DNA from: Pirellulales bacterium
GTDB taxonomy: Bacteria > Planctomycetota > Planctomycetia > Pirellulales > JAICIG01
Length of the DNA: 64,000 nt
Reading direction: 5' to 3'
NCBI GenBank assembly: GCA_040901675.1
Contig: JBBDYJ010000014.1
Coordinates: forward strand, 101,418 to 165,417
Shown here: positions 9,745 to 19,237 of the stretch, piece after piece
Numbering within the stretch: position 1 is the stretch's first letter
Layout of the letters: each line of letters starts with the position of its first letter
Program-made: the position numbers and the translations under genes
Notes under the pieces: generated by a model
The model's database searches: none
What the model was told of the DNA's origin: nothing
What the model saw: the letters and a program-made list of their open reading frames with translations, nothing else

Positions 9745-11547
9745 ATGGATAGACCACGTTGGATCCGCGCTGCCCACCGCTTGCTGGGCAGCCTGCTCGT
9801 CGCCACCGTTGCATTTTTTTCGCCGTCGGCAAGCGCCGGCGCCGAGGAGGCCAAGCCGGCCAACGACCCGGCCATGCCAAAGATCAATTACGACGAGCAC
9901 GTGCTGCCTGTTCTTCGCGAACATTGCTTCACCTGCCACAGCCAGGACACGGCCAAGAGCGACCTGGCCCTGGACAGCTACAGCGGCTTGATGCGGGGCG
10001 GCGCCAGCGGCGAAGTGATCGAACCGGGCGACCTGGACACGTCCCGGCTCTGGCAGCTTGTCTCGCACCAGGAGACTCCGGAAATGCCGCCGGAGCAGGA
10101 CAAGCTGCCGGATGCCAAGCTCGAAGTGATCAAGGCCTGGATCGTGGGCGGCGCCCTGGAGAACTCGGGCTCGACCGTCAAGATCAAGAAGAAGCCGACC
10201 ATCGACCTGTTGGTGTCGGCCGGGTCCAGCAGGCCGGAGGGTCCGGCGCCCATGCCCGAGGGGCTGATCCGCCAGCCGGTGGTATACACGCCGCGCGCTT
10301 CGGCGGCCACGGCCATCGCCTCGAGCCCTTGGGCGCCGCTGGTAGCCGTCGCCGGGCAGAAACAGATCTCGCTTTATCACTCCGACACGGCCGCCTTGCT
10401 CGGCGTGCTCCCTTTTCCCGAGGGAGTGCCCCACGTGCTGAAGTTCAGCCGGTCCGGCGCGCTGTTGCTGGCCGGCGGCGGGCGCGGCGGGCAGGCGGGA
10501 CTCGTCGCCGTCTACGACGTCCGCAGCGGCGACCGCGTGTTCCAGGTCGGCGACGAGCTGGACGTGGTGCTGGCGGCCGACATCAACAACAACCACTCGC
10601 TGATCGCCCTGGGAGGTCCGCGCCGCGTGGTGCGGATCTATTCGGCCGCCGATGGCACCTTGTTGCACGAGTTGAAGAAACACACCGAATGGATCACTGC
10701 CCTGGAGTTCAGCCCCGACGGCGTGTTGCTGGCCACTGCCGACCGCAATGGCGGGCTGTTTGTCTGGGAAGCCGATACCGCCCGGGAATACCAGAACCTG
10801 GCGGGGCACACCGGCTCGGTCACCGACCTCAGTTGGCGGCTCGATTCGAACGTCTTGGCCAGCGCCAGCGAAGACACGACCATCAGGCTGTGGGAGATGG
10901 AGAACGGCGCCCAGGTGAAGAACTGGGGCGCCCATGCGGGCGGCGCCTTATCGGTCGACTTCACCCACGATGGCCGGCTGCTCTCCGCCGGACGCGACAA
11001 CCTGGCCAAGGCCTGGGACCAGGCGGGCAGTCAGCTCAGGGCCTTCGAGCCGTTTTCCGACCTGGCCATGGAAGCCAGCTTCACGCACGACGGGGCTCGC
11101 GCCGTGGCCGGCGACTGGGCCGGCGACATCCGGATGTGGGACGTCGCTGATGGCAAGCTCATAGCCCGCTTGCCCATGAATCCGCCCACGCTCGAAATGG
11201 CCGCGGCGGCCGCGGCCGAAGAGGCAGCCCTGGCCACGGCCGCTGCCCAGCAAGCCGCGGACGAGGCGGCGGCGGCTCAGCAAGTCGCCGCCGAAAAGGC
11301 CGCCGCGCTCCAGGCCGCCCAGCAGCAGCTTGAAACGGCTGCGGACGACGCCGCGAAGGCCGAGGCGCAGGCGGTCGTCGACCAGAAGACCGCGGAGAAA
11401 GCCGAAGCGGATCAAGCCGCGGGCGACAAAGCGGCCGTGGCCGCGACGGCGGCCGAGCGGCTTCAAGCAGCGCAGGCAAAGGCGCAGCAAGCGCAGGCGG
11501 AAAAGACGGCTTACGAGTCGCTCACCGCGCAAGCCGGGGGCTCGTAA
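9745..11547 (+). CDS. Planctomycete cytochrome c domain + WD40 repeat protein with Ala-rich coiled-coil tail
   Basis: CFTCH heme motif with MPP downstream; WD40 repeats (HTEWITALEFSPDG, GHTGSVTDLSW, IRLWE); A/Q/E/K-rich C-terminus. Confidence 0.9.
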   Translation: MDRPRWIRAAHRLLGSLLVATVAFFSPSASAGAEEAKPANDPAMPKINYDEHVLPVLREHCFTCHSQDTAKSDLALDSYSGLMRGGASGEVIEPGDLDTSRLWQLVSHQETPEMPPEQDKLPDAKLEVIKAWIVGGALENSGSTVKIKKKPTIDLLVSAGSSRPEGPAPMPEGLIRQPVVYTPRASAATAIASSPWAPLVAVAGQKQISLYHSDTAALLGVLPFPEGVPHVLKFSRSGALLLAGGGRGGQAGLVAVYDVRSGDRVFQVGDELDVVLAADINNNHSLIALGGPRRVVRIYSAADGTLLHELKKHTEWITALEFSPDGVLLATADRNGGLFVWEADTAREYQNLAGHTGSVTDLSWRLDSNVLASASEDTTIRLWEMENGAQVKNWGAHAGGALSVDFTHDGRLLSAGRDNLAKAWDQAGSQLRAFEPFSDLAMEASFTHDGARAVAGDWAGDIRMWDVADGKLIARLPMNPPTLEMAAAAAAEEAALATAAAQQAADEAAAAQQVAAEKAAALQAAQQQLETAADDAAKAEAQAVVDQKTAEKAEADQAAGDKAAVAATAAERLQAAQAKAQQAQAEKTAYESLTAQAGGS

Positions 11548-11549
11548 GT

Positions 11550-11760
11550 ACGTCGTGACCCGCATTCATGCGGTCGTCGTTCGTAGTGACCGCAATGCGG
11601 TCTGAGTCCATGCCGGACGACCCGATGAATCGGGTCACTACGAACCACTGGGGCACGCTACGACTCGACTGAGCTCGCCGAAGTCCGCTTTGCCCCAGCC
11701 ACCCGGCGCGGTCTAGGCGGTTGAGCGTAAGACCCGATAAATCGGGTCACTACGAACCAA
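11550..11760. repeat. Cluster of REP-like palindromes between convergent genes
   Basis: GACCCGATGAATCGGGTCACTACGAAC and GACCCGATAAATCGGGTCACTACGAAC plus inverse variants (GTGACCCGCATTCATGCGGTC, TTCGTAGTGACCGC) and one family A copy. Confidence 0.85.
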
Positions 11761-11769
11761 GGCCGGCTT

Positions 11770-11985
11770 CTACTCGCGGGGGCGGACGGCGCCGGTCAAG
11801 CCGCTATAGTCGGCACGGTCCTCGGGATGCCACAGCGGCAGGCCTTCGGCTATGCGGCGGGCCAGGACTTCCAGCTTCTGCTGCGAGCCGGCGGGGGCCT
11901 CGGTGGGAGCGAATTCGTCGGTTTCGACCGGGGCAAAATCCTCGTCGTGTCCGAATTCAAGAATCGCCTCGAAGACGTTACGCAT
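11770..11985 (-). CDS. Small hypothetical protein
   Basis: GGAG RBS, ATG at 11985; TEAPAGSQQKLEVLARRIAEGLPLWHPED looks like a conserved small domain. Confidence 0.8.
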   Translation of the reverse strand: MRNVFEAILEFGHDEDFAPVETDEFAPTEAPAGSQQKLEVLARRIAEGLPLWHPEDRADYSGLTGAVRPRE

Positions 11986-12488
11986 TGCTTGCTTACTCCA
12001 CTTCCAAAATCACGCCAACCAAAATCAAAACCACGCCAACCAAGTACCGGCCGCTTTCGACGGCTTCACCATCGGGATACCGGCCCGGTCAACAAAACGC
12101 GTCGACCCGCCCGAAGGCGGTCCAGGGGCCGGAAGTCAAACGATTCGGGGCGTTGCGACCGGCGGCACGAAAGTCGGGTGCGGATCGCGGGCCGCTGGGC
12201 GACTTGCCGGGGGCCAACAGGCTCCGAAACAGGCGGGATGGCACAGGTAACTCAAAGCATGTCATTCTTACGGCTGTGCTCCCAAAGTCAAGTGCCGGGA
12301 GAAAGAAACCCAGGAGGAAGCAACAGGGGAAAAGCTCGTTGGGGCCGAAATGCGGGCTTTTTCCGCGCCTAAAATCGGCCTGGGGAAAGACGTCTTGCCT
12401 CCGGCCATCCGGCCGCCCTCGTTTTACACCGCGGCCGTTCCCGCGGCACCTCGTCAGCCGATAGTCCCATCTGGTAAAGTTGATGGGT

Positions 12489-12914
12489 ATGACCTGGCTT
12501 CAACGGCCGCTCCAATTGCCGCCGCACGCCTACGGCTTTCACCTGATCACCGACGGCATCGTCGCCGCGCTGCCCGAGCTGGCCCAGATCCGCGCGGGCC
12601 TTTTGCACGTGTTCATCCAGCACACCTCCGCCTCGTTGTCGATCAACGAGAACGCCGATCCCGATGTTCCGCGCGACCTGGCGAGCAGCTTCGACGCGCT
12701 GGCGCCCGAGAGCTTTCCCTATCGCCACACTTCGGAGGGAGCGGACGACATGCCCGCCCACGTCAAGACCGCGCTGTTGGGCAGCTCGGTCAGCGTGCCG
12801 GTCAGCGACGGCCGCTTATGCCTGGGCACGTGGCAAGGCATTTACCTGTGCGAACATCGCCGCCGTGCCGGCCCCCGTCGGCTGCTGCTCACCTTGCAGG
12901 GCGAAGTCCGCTGA
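12489..12914 (+). CDS. yjbQ: YjbQ/UPF0047 family protein
   Basis: HTSASLSINENADPDV, HTSEGADDMPAHVK and LGTWQGIYLCEH signatures. Confidence 0.95.
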   Translation: MTWLQRPLQLPPHAYGFHLITDGIVAALPELAQIRAGLLHVFIQHTSASLSINENADPDVPRDLASSFDALAPESFPYRHTSEGADDMPAHVKTALLGSSVSVPVSDGRLCLGTWQGIYLCEHRRRAGPRRLLLTLQGEVR

Positions 12915-12917
12915 ATT

Positions 12918-13015
12918 GTGCCACTGCTCTCGGCCGCTCCAAGGTCCGCCAAAGGCGGACTGTCGTGGTGCCACTGCTTGAAGGTCGCTCTAAGGCGACC
13001 GAGAAGCAGTGGCAC
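12918..13015. repeat. Nested inverted repeats between convergent yjbQ and holB (REP-like or bidirectional terminator)
   Basis: GTGCCACTGCTT (12968-12979) pairs with AAGCAGTGGCAC (13004-13015), inner GGTCGC/GCGACC stem; a second left arm at 12918. Confidence 0.7.
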
Positions 13016-13028
13016 GGATAGCGCGGCC

Positions 13029-14078
13029 CTAGCGGCTGCACTGCGCCAGGTCGTCGACCCAGCACTCCAGCCAGGCGGCCTGGTTGGCGTTGCGGTCGAT
13101 GTGGTCCAAGGCATCCAGGCACCGGTCGGCACATTGCGCGGCTGCTTCGCCGTCGAGCGAGCTCCGCTGGGCGCCCGACGCGATGGCGCGGTCCAGCTCG
13201 GCGTCGGATTCTTCGACGACGCCGCTGGCCCGCGTGCACAGCCCGCGGTAGTAGTCCAGGGCGAAGCGAACCAACTGCCGGCCCCGGGCCCGCCGCGCGG
13301 GAGCTTCCTTTCCCGCTTCGTCCACGAAGGCGGCGATCGACCGGGCCAGCGCCACGCTGTTCAGCCGCGGTGCCGACAACTGTTCCAGCAACTGCCGGCG
13401 AAAACTCCACAGGGCGGGCTCGGCCAGCTCGCGGGCCCGGCCCAGGCTCCCCTCGGCATGCCGAGCCAGGCGGCGCGCCTGATCGATGTCGCCCGCCAGG
13501 CCTTCTTCCACCGCCAGGCCGGCCAATGTCTCCTCGTCGAGCGGGCGAAAGCGGATCAGTTGCGATCGGGAGCGGATCGTCGGCAGTTGCTTCTCAGCGC
13601 TGGTGCCGATCAGGATCATCACCGAGCGCGGAGGCGGCTCCTCCAGCGTCTTGAGCAGGCAGTTGGCGCCCTCCTCGTTCAGGTAGTCGGCGTCGTCGAT
13701 GATGGCGATCCGCCGCCCACCCATGAACGGCTTGAGCGAGATCGCGTGGCACAGCCCCTCGTGCATCCGCCGCTCGCCGCTGCCGATCAACAGCTCGACG
13801 GGAATCATGCTGCGGTCCTTCGGGCGGGACACTTCCAGCAGGTCCGGATGCGTCCGCGCCAAAACCTGCACGCAGCCGGTGCAGTGCCCGCAAGGATCGA
13901 GCCGCTCGGCCGGCTGCGTCTGGCACAGCAGGGTCTGGGCCAGCTTGAACGCGAAGGTCCGCTTGCCGACTCCCTCCGGACCGGCAAACAGAAACGTGCT
14001 CGCCAGCCGGCCGTGCTTCAGACTGCGGCGGAAGCCCTCCACCACCTCGTCGTGCCCTTGAATACCCTGCCAGGCCAT
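13029..14078 (-). CDS. holB: DNA polymerase III subunit delta'
   Basis: FLFAGPEGVGK, C..PCGHCTGC zinc module, HPDL, ANCLLKTLEEPP, LPTIRSR; downstream of tmk. Confidence 0.95.
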   Translation of the reverse strand: MAWQGIQGHDEVVEGFRRSLKHGRLASTFLFAGPEGVGKRTFAFKLAQTLLCQTQPAERLDPCGHCTGCVQVLARTHPDLLEVSRPKDRSMIPVELLIGSGERRMHEGLCHAISLKPFMGGRRIAIIDDADYLNEEGANCLLKTLEEPPPRSVMILIGTSAEKQLPTIRSRSQLIRFRPLDEETLAGLAVEEGLAGDIDQARRLARHAEGSLGRARELAEPALWSFRRQLLEQLSAPRLNSVALARSIAAFVDEAGKEAPARRARGRQLVRFALDYYRGLCTRASGVVEESDAELDRAIASGAQRSSLDGEAAAQCADRCLDALDHIDRNANQAAWLECWVDDLAQCSR

Positions 14079-14108
14079 GGTGCTCGCTCCGATTCCTCGG
14101 CGTTCCTT

Positions 14109-14205
14109 AGCCCGCGCAGCGGGCGACAGTTAATAGCCGGGCGGCGTAAGCCCCCGGTTGCCGATCAATGAACCCTTTTTTCAGCCCGCGAAGCGCGCCG
14201 ACAGT
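14109..14205. repeat. REP-like intergenic repeats
   Basis: AGCCCGCGCAGCGGGCGACAG and AGCCCGCGAAGCGCGCCGACAG flank the hairpin AGCCGGGCGGCGTAAGCCCCCGGTT. Confidence 0.55.
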
Positions 14206-14279
14206 AGGCATTGGTCAAACGCATGGTCGACGACCTATGGGTGACGCTGGACTCTATCGAAGTTATTCTTCGGTCGTTC

Positions 14280-14900
14280 CTAACCATCCGCCGGCCTGTT
14301 CAATATGGCGGCCGCGGCGGCGCGAATATCGGCCTGCACGGCGTCGACCGGGCCCGAAGCATCGATGACCACGATCCGACCCGGCCGGCGGGCGGCCTCG
14401 GCCAGGTAGCCTCGCCGCAAGGCGGTTCTGAACGCGTCGCCCTGCTGCTCCATCCGGTCGAGCGGCCGCGCCAGCCGCGCGGCGGCCGCTTCATCGGCCA
14501 GGTCGAGGACAAACGTCAGCTCGGGCTCGAGGCCGGCCGTGGCGATCGCGCCGACCTGCCACAGCGCGTCGACGTCGAGCCCTCCGGCGTGCCCCTGGTA
14601 GACCACGTTGGCCAACAGGAAACGGTCGGAGACCACGATCTTGCCTTCCGCCAATGCCGGCGCGATCACTTGCTCGACCAGTTGAGCCCTGGCTGCCATG
14701 TACAGCAACATTTCGCTTCTGCGGCCGATGCGGATCTCGTGCAAGTCGAGCAGGATCTTCCGCACGGCCTCTCCCAGCGGCGTGCTGCCCGGATCGCGGC
14801 AGGTGAGCACGTGCTGCCCCGCCTCGCGCAGCCAGCGCGCAAAGAGCTCGAGCTGGGTGGTCTTGCCCGCCCCATCCACGCCGTCGAACGAGAAGAACAT
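14280..14900 (-). CDS. tmk: Thymidylate kinase
   Basis: MFFSFDGVDGAGKTTQ P-loop, RDPG, LLYMAARAQ, VVSDRF, YQG motifs. Confidence 0.96.
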   Translation of the reverse strand: MFFSFDGVDGAGKTTQLELFARWLREAGQHVLTCRDPGSTPLGEAVRKILLDLHEIRIGRRSEMLLYMAARAQLVEQVIAPALAEGKIVVSDRFLLANVVYQGHAGGLDVDALWQVGAIATAGLEPELTFVLDLADEAAAARLARPLDRMEQQGDAFRTALRRGYLAEAARRPGRIVVIDASGPVDAVQADIRAAAAAILNRPADG

Positions 14901-14908
14901 GCCGGGTT

Positions 14909-16117
14909 TCAAGCTTTGAACTCCCTGCCGGCCAGGAATACCCGTTCCACCTCCAGGCCCTGACCGAGCACCAGCACGTCTGCCCGCTTGCCGGGTTCGA
15001 GACTGCCGACTTCGGCGTCGTGCCCGGCGATCCGCGCCGGCGTCAGCGAAGCCATCCGGACCACTTCCCAGACGGGTCGGCCGGTCAACTGCCGGAACGT
15101 GCGGACCATGTGGTCCATGCCGCGCACGCTCGAAGCCAGCGCCGAACCATCCGGCATCTTGCCGACGCCGTCGTGGTGGACGAACTCCTCGCCGCCGTCG
15201 CGTGGCCCGAACAGGTAACGTCCCTCGGGCTGGTCCAAGGCCCTGCTGCAATCGGTGACCAGCGCCAGGCGGTCGGCCCCTTTGACCTTCAAGGCCAATT
15301 GCAGCAGTTCCGGCGCCAAGTGCTTTCCGTCGGCAATCACCTCGGTCGAAAGTTCGTCGAAGTACAACGTCGCCTCGAGCACCCCTCCTCGCATCGGGTA
15401 GGGTTGCGATGCCCGCAGCTTCGATTTATCGGACATGGCGCAGTACAGGTGGTCCACGTGCCTGACGCCCCACCCGACGGCCTGGCTCATCTGGTCGAAA
15501 GTGGCATGCGTGTGTCCGGCGTTCATGCGAATGCCTCGCGCCAGGCAGGCCCGGGCGAACGCTTCGGCGCCGGGCAGTTCCGGGGCCAACGAAGCGGTCA
15601 CGATTGTATCGGCCAGCTCCAGGTACTGTTCGTACTCGGCGGCTTGCGGGGCGCGCACCGGCGCCGCCGGATGGCATCCGCGTGCCTCGAGGCGAAAATA
15701 CGGCCCGTATAAATGGGCCCCGAGCACCCGCGCCCCCGCGGCACCGTCCCGTTGACGAAATCGCCGGCACGTTTCCAACATCGCCAGGATCTGGTCGTGC
15801 CGGGCAGCGGTCGTGGTCGGCAGGATGCTGGTGGTTCCATGACGCGCGTGGGCGGCCAGAACCGTGCGAAAAGCCTCCTCGGTGCCGTCCATGAAGTCCG
15901 CCCCATCTCCGCCATGGACGTGCAGGTCGATGTAACCGGGCGAAATGAATCCGTCGCCCGCGTCGACCACCGTCGAATGCGCCGAGGGTCCCGCTCCAGC
16001 ACCGGCGTTGGAATGGACCGCCACAATGCGGCCGCCGCGCACCTGCACGGCCCCCTGGCGCAAGACGCGATCGGCAAGAATCACCTGGCCGCGAAAGAGC
16101 AGATCCTCGTCCGGCAT
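14909..16117 (-). CDS. nagA: N-acetylglucosamine-6-phosphate deacetylase
   Basis: PGYIDLHVHG, GTTSILPT, LAPE, GHTHAT, DHLYCAMS, IADGKH, VTD, GSLEPGKRAD motifs. Confidence 0.9.
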   Translation of the reverse strand: MPDEDLLFRGQVILADRVLRQGAVQVRGGRIVAVHSNAGAGAGPSAHSTVVDAGDGFISPGYIDLHVHGGDGADFMDGTEEAFRTVLAAHARHGTTSILPTTTAARHDQILAMLETCRRFRQRDGAAGARVLGAHLYGPYFRLEARGCHPAAPVRAPQAAEYEQYLELADTIVTASLAPELPGAEAFARACLARGIRMNAGHTHATFDQMSQAVGWGVRHVDHLYCAMSDKSKLRASQPYPMRGGVLEATLYFDELSTEVIADGKHLAPELLQLALKVKGADRLALVTDCSRALDQPEGRYLFGPRDGGEEFVHHDGVGKMPDGSALASSVRGMDHMVRTFRQLTGRPVWEVVRMASLTPARIAGHDAEVGSLEPGKRADVLVLGQGLEVERVFLAGREFKA

Positions 16118-16186
16118 GCCCTAGAGTGTAACAAAACCGAGTAGGACGGGCTTCCTTGCAGCTTCCTTGCCCGTCTAAACGGCCCG

Positions 16187-18517
16187 TCAGGGCTGTCGGC
16201 TCGTTCCCTTCCAGCCGTCCGCAGCCGCCGCTTGCGGGCGAGGCCAGGCAGAAGTGGCGGGCTCGGCCGCCCTGGCCACCGTATGACTCGGTCTGTTGTG
16301 ATTGACGTGCTGCACGCTGGCAGTCCCTTCGGCGGCGCCGGCAAGCGGGGACTGCTGCATGGCTTGCCGTCGAGCGCTCGGCGTACGGCCGCCCAACGCC
16401 ACCGGCGGGGCGTTCGGGGGTGCGCCAAATATCGAGCGAGCGGAGTCGCCCAGCTCGGCATCCGGAGCATCGGCGGGTACGGGCGGGCGGCCGTTGCGGC
16501 CGGGGACCGGCGCCGGCACCATCTCCGCTTCTTCGGGCCGCGGGGCAGCTTGCGGCTCGAACAGCTCGCCGGTGCCCATCTGTTGCGGGAATGGTCCCCT
16601 GCTGAAGACCCTCGGGCGGGTGAACCCGTAATCCATGAACAGGGCGGCGTCGCGCTCGCGGGCGCGTTTGCGGGCATCGAAGTATGCCTTGGCCGGCCAG
16701 GGACCTTCGGCAAGGTACACGCCGTTGTACTCCAACAACGAACCTTTGCGGAAATGCACGCCCGTGACGGCCAGATTGTAATCGACCAGCGACCGGTAGT
16801 AGGCGCTTTCGGCCTCGGCCAATCGCCGCTGCGCCTCGAGGAGCAAGTCCAGAGTGACCGTGCCCGCTTCGTAGGCCGATTCGACGGCGTCGACGTTCGT
16901 GGCGGCGGCTACACGGCGATTAAAGTTGGTCTGCGTCGCGACATAGTGGCGGTCCAATTCCCGGATCGAATTGGCCAAGAGGTGGCTGGCTTCCAGCTCC
17001 TGGTCCTGCAGGATGGAGCGTTCACGGGCCAGTTGCAGTTCGGCGTTTCGCACGGCGGCCAGTTCCTGGCGAAAGCCGATCGGCAGCACGGCCTGCAAAC
17101 CGAGCTGCCACTCCTGGAAGTCGCCGCCGGTCAGTTCCTCCCAGGCGTTGTCGAACGGAATTCCGGTGCGATCGGAGGAGATCAGGTCGTCGCCGAAGCC
17201 CCGCCAACGGTAGCGGCCCACCGCGTCCAGCCGCGGCAAGAGGAAGTTGCGCGAGGCGGTCAGCTCGAGCTCGCGCTGCTTGATCTGCCATTTCTGCCGC
17301 CGCAGCTCGACGCTGCGCGTCAGCGTTTCGGGGAGCACCTCGGCCCAGTCGAACTGGACGCGCGCGGTCGTGGGCTCGATCGAGGGGCGAATCAGGCGGC
17401 CATCCGTGGCGCTCAACCCCATCAGATAGCGGAGCTGGTTTTCGGCCGTGTAGATGCTGCTCAAGGCGTTTTCGACCTGTAAGCGGAACAGGAAGTACTG
17501 CTCCTTGGCCTGCGCCTCGGCCGCGGCATCTCCACCGCGGGCCCCAAGCCGGTACAGCACGTCCACCTTCCGCCAGGTCTCCAAGGCGCTGTCCCGGCCG
17601 GCCAGCGCGGCATCCAGGTCGCGATAGTTGAAGTAGAGGTTCCAATAGGCCCGCTCCACGTCGCTCACGAGATTGCGGACGCCGGCTTCGAAATCGGCCA
17701 GGGCAATGTCGGTGTTGATCCGCGCCAGGACCACGCCGTTGTACACGCCCGGAATGCTGTTGGGGCCCGCAATCTGGTTGAATTGCACTCCCGAACCCTG
17801 CAACAGCGGGTGCCGGAACTCGGCCTCGATGTCGGCGTTGTAGGCGCTGGGGAACTGGTTCGATGGGTTGTTGTTCCACTCGTAGCTGACGTTGTGCCGG
17901 AGGAAGGTCTGCGTGCCGGACGCGTGGCGCTTGCCAAATTCGGCCCGGAACACACCGGTGTCCTGCTCCAGCACCGGCGCCAAAAAGCCGCTGAAGAACA
18001 GGTTGACGGGCCGGTCGTTTCGCTCCCAGAACATGCTAGTCGAGAATTGCGCGTCGAACTCGCTCAGCGCCCCTTCGGTCCCGAAGCGCGGATCACTATC
18101 GACGATGGCCGGGTTGTAGACGGTAGGCACCGTGCTGGGCTGGCTGAGCAACTGCGACGACGAGAGCCCGGCGGTCAACGGCGACGACGTGCCTTGCCGC
18201 CCCTGGGCAATGGTCTGCGCGCCCAGCGTCCGCATCACCTTGCTGTTGGCCAGGGCGTCCTGGACGGCCTCCTCCAGGGACAGCTCCCAGATTTCGCGCG
18301 CCTCGGAGTTGGCCAGGGTCAATGGCGGCAGGCTCTGCTCGACGTCGGCCAGGCTCATCATCTCGACGTCGGGATACTCGATCGCGGTGGCCACCCCCTT
18401 GTAGTGCGACATGTCGCCGTCGTCGAAGAAGTAAAACGGCTGGCTGGGAGTGCAGCCGCCCGCGACGAGCATTACACAAGTCGCGACGGCCCATGGCGTT
18501 CTCAACTGCCGGCTCAT
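16187..18517 (-). CDS. Large TolC-family outer membrane efflux lipoprotein
   Basis: Lipobox-like VAGGC; LSLEEAVQDALANS, VERAYWNL and LDLLLEAQRRLAEAE OEP-type helices; disordered Pro/Ala tail. Start uncertain. Confidence 0.85.
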   Translation of the reverse strand: MSRQLRTPWAVATCVMLVAGGCTPSQPFYFFDDGDMSHYKGVATAIEYPDVEMMSLADVEQSLPPLTLANSEAREIWELSLEEAVQDALANSKVMRTLGAQTIAQGRQGTSSPLTAGLSSSQLLSQPSTVPTVYNPAIVDSDPRFGTEGALSEFDAQFSTSMFWERNDRPVNLFFSGFLAPVLEQDTGVFRAEFGKRHASGTQTFLRHNVSYEWNNNPSNQFPSAYNADIEAEFRHPLLQGSGVQFNQIAGPNSIPGVYNGVVLARINTDIALADFEAGVRNLVSDVERAYWNLYFNYRDLDAALAGRDSALETWRKVDVLYRLGARGGDAAAEAQAKEQYFLFRLQVENALSSIYTAENQLRYLMGLSATDGRLIRPSIEPTTARVQFDWAEVLPETLTRSVELRRQKWQIKQRELELTASRNFLLPRLDAVGRYRWRGFGDDLISSDRTGIPFDNAWEELTGGDFQEWQLGLQAVLPIGFRQELAAVRNAELQLARERSILQDQELEASHLLANSIRELDRHYVATQTNFNRRVAAATNVDAVESAYEAGTVTLDLLLEAQRRLAEAESAYYRSLVDYNLAVTGVHFRKGSLLEYNGVYLAEGPWPAKAYFDARKRARERDAALFMDYGFTRPRVFSRGPFPQQMGTGELFEPQAAPRPEEAEMVPAPVPGRNGRPPVPADAPDAELGDSARSIFGAPPNAPPVALGGRTPSARRQAMQQSPLAGAAEGTASVQHVNHNRPSHTVARAAEPATSAWPRPQAAAADGWKGTSRQP

Positions 18518-18745
18518 CGATGGCATCCCTGACCAGGATAGAAGGGCGCAAACGAGCCGCACTTCGAGCCCGCGACAGACAGGGAGCCCGAAAATACAGC
18601 ACGCTTGGTATCGGCCGTATAATCGGCAAACTTGGAGGATTCTTTTTTATCGGCAGGATCCGCCCAGTTTAGCCAGACTGCCGTAAGAGGAGCCTGGCGG
18701 GAGGGTCGCGGGCAGGGAAGGCGAGAATCCCAAGCATGGCGGCCG

Positions 18746-19222
18746 CTAAAGGCCCATCCCGACGAAGCCGCCTTGGTGGTCGCTGTCGGCCTGGATTTTG
18801 GCAATCCGCTCGACCGTCTGCTTCAGGTCGCCCGCCGCGATATAGCGGTCGAACTCCGCGCGGACGGAGTGCGTGACGGTCTCCTTGAACCAGGCCACGA
18901 TCGGTTCGGTCAACCAAGGGCACGTCTCCCGCGCCAAGTCGGCTTCCAGGTGGCAGCCCACCGTGTTCTGGTCGCTGTCGTCGGTCAACGTCACGCCGTT
19001 GAAGCGCAACTCGATCATGCCCAACTCGGCATGGTTCATGAGCCGGAATGTGCAGTGGCCGTTGTAGAGATAATAGCTGTTGTGCGAGCCATAGCTCTCC
19101 AGGGCCCTCAGGACTCGCTCGCAATGAGCCCGGTACTTGGGCGAGGCATCGAACGGGATATCGAGCCGGCCGACCGAACGCAGCGGCAGGCAATCGAAGG
19201 CGATTTCCACGGCTTGCGACAT
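18746..19222 (-). CDS. Hypothetical protein
   Basis: Clean 158-aa ORF with RBS, directly downstream of the co-oriented 19238-21121 gene. Confidence 0.8.
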   Translation of the reverse strand: MSQAVEIAFDCLPLRSVGRLDIPFDASPKYRAHCERVLRALESYGSHNSYYLYNGHCTFRLMNHAELGMIELRFNGVTLTDDSDQNTVGCHLEADLARETCPWLTEPIVAWFKETVTHSVRAEFDRYIAAGDLKQTVERIAKIQADSDHQGGFVGMGL

Positions 19223-19237
19223 CGGCGAACCAGCTCC

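Noticed and set aside
11550..11760. CRISPR array
   Set aside because: Repeats are in mixed orientation with irregular spacing and no cas genes; REP-like instead. The same applies to 4469-4535 and 63106-63175, which have no spacers.
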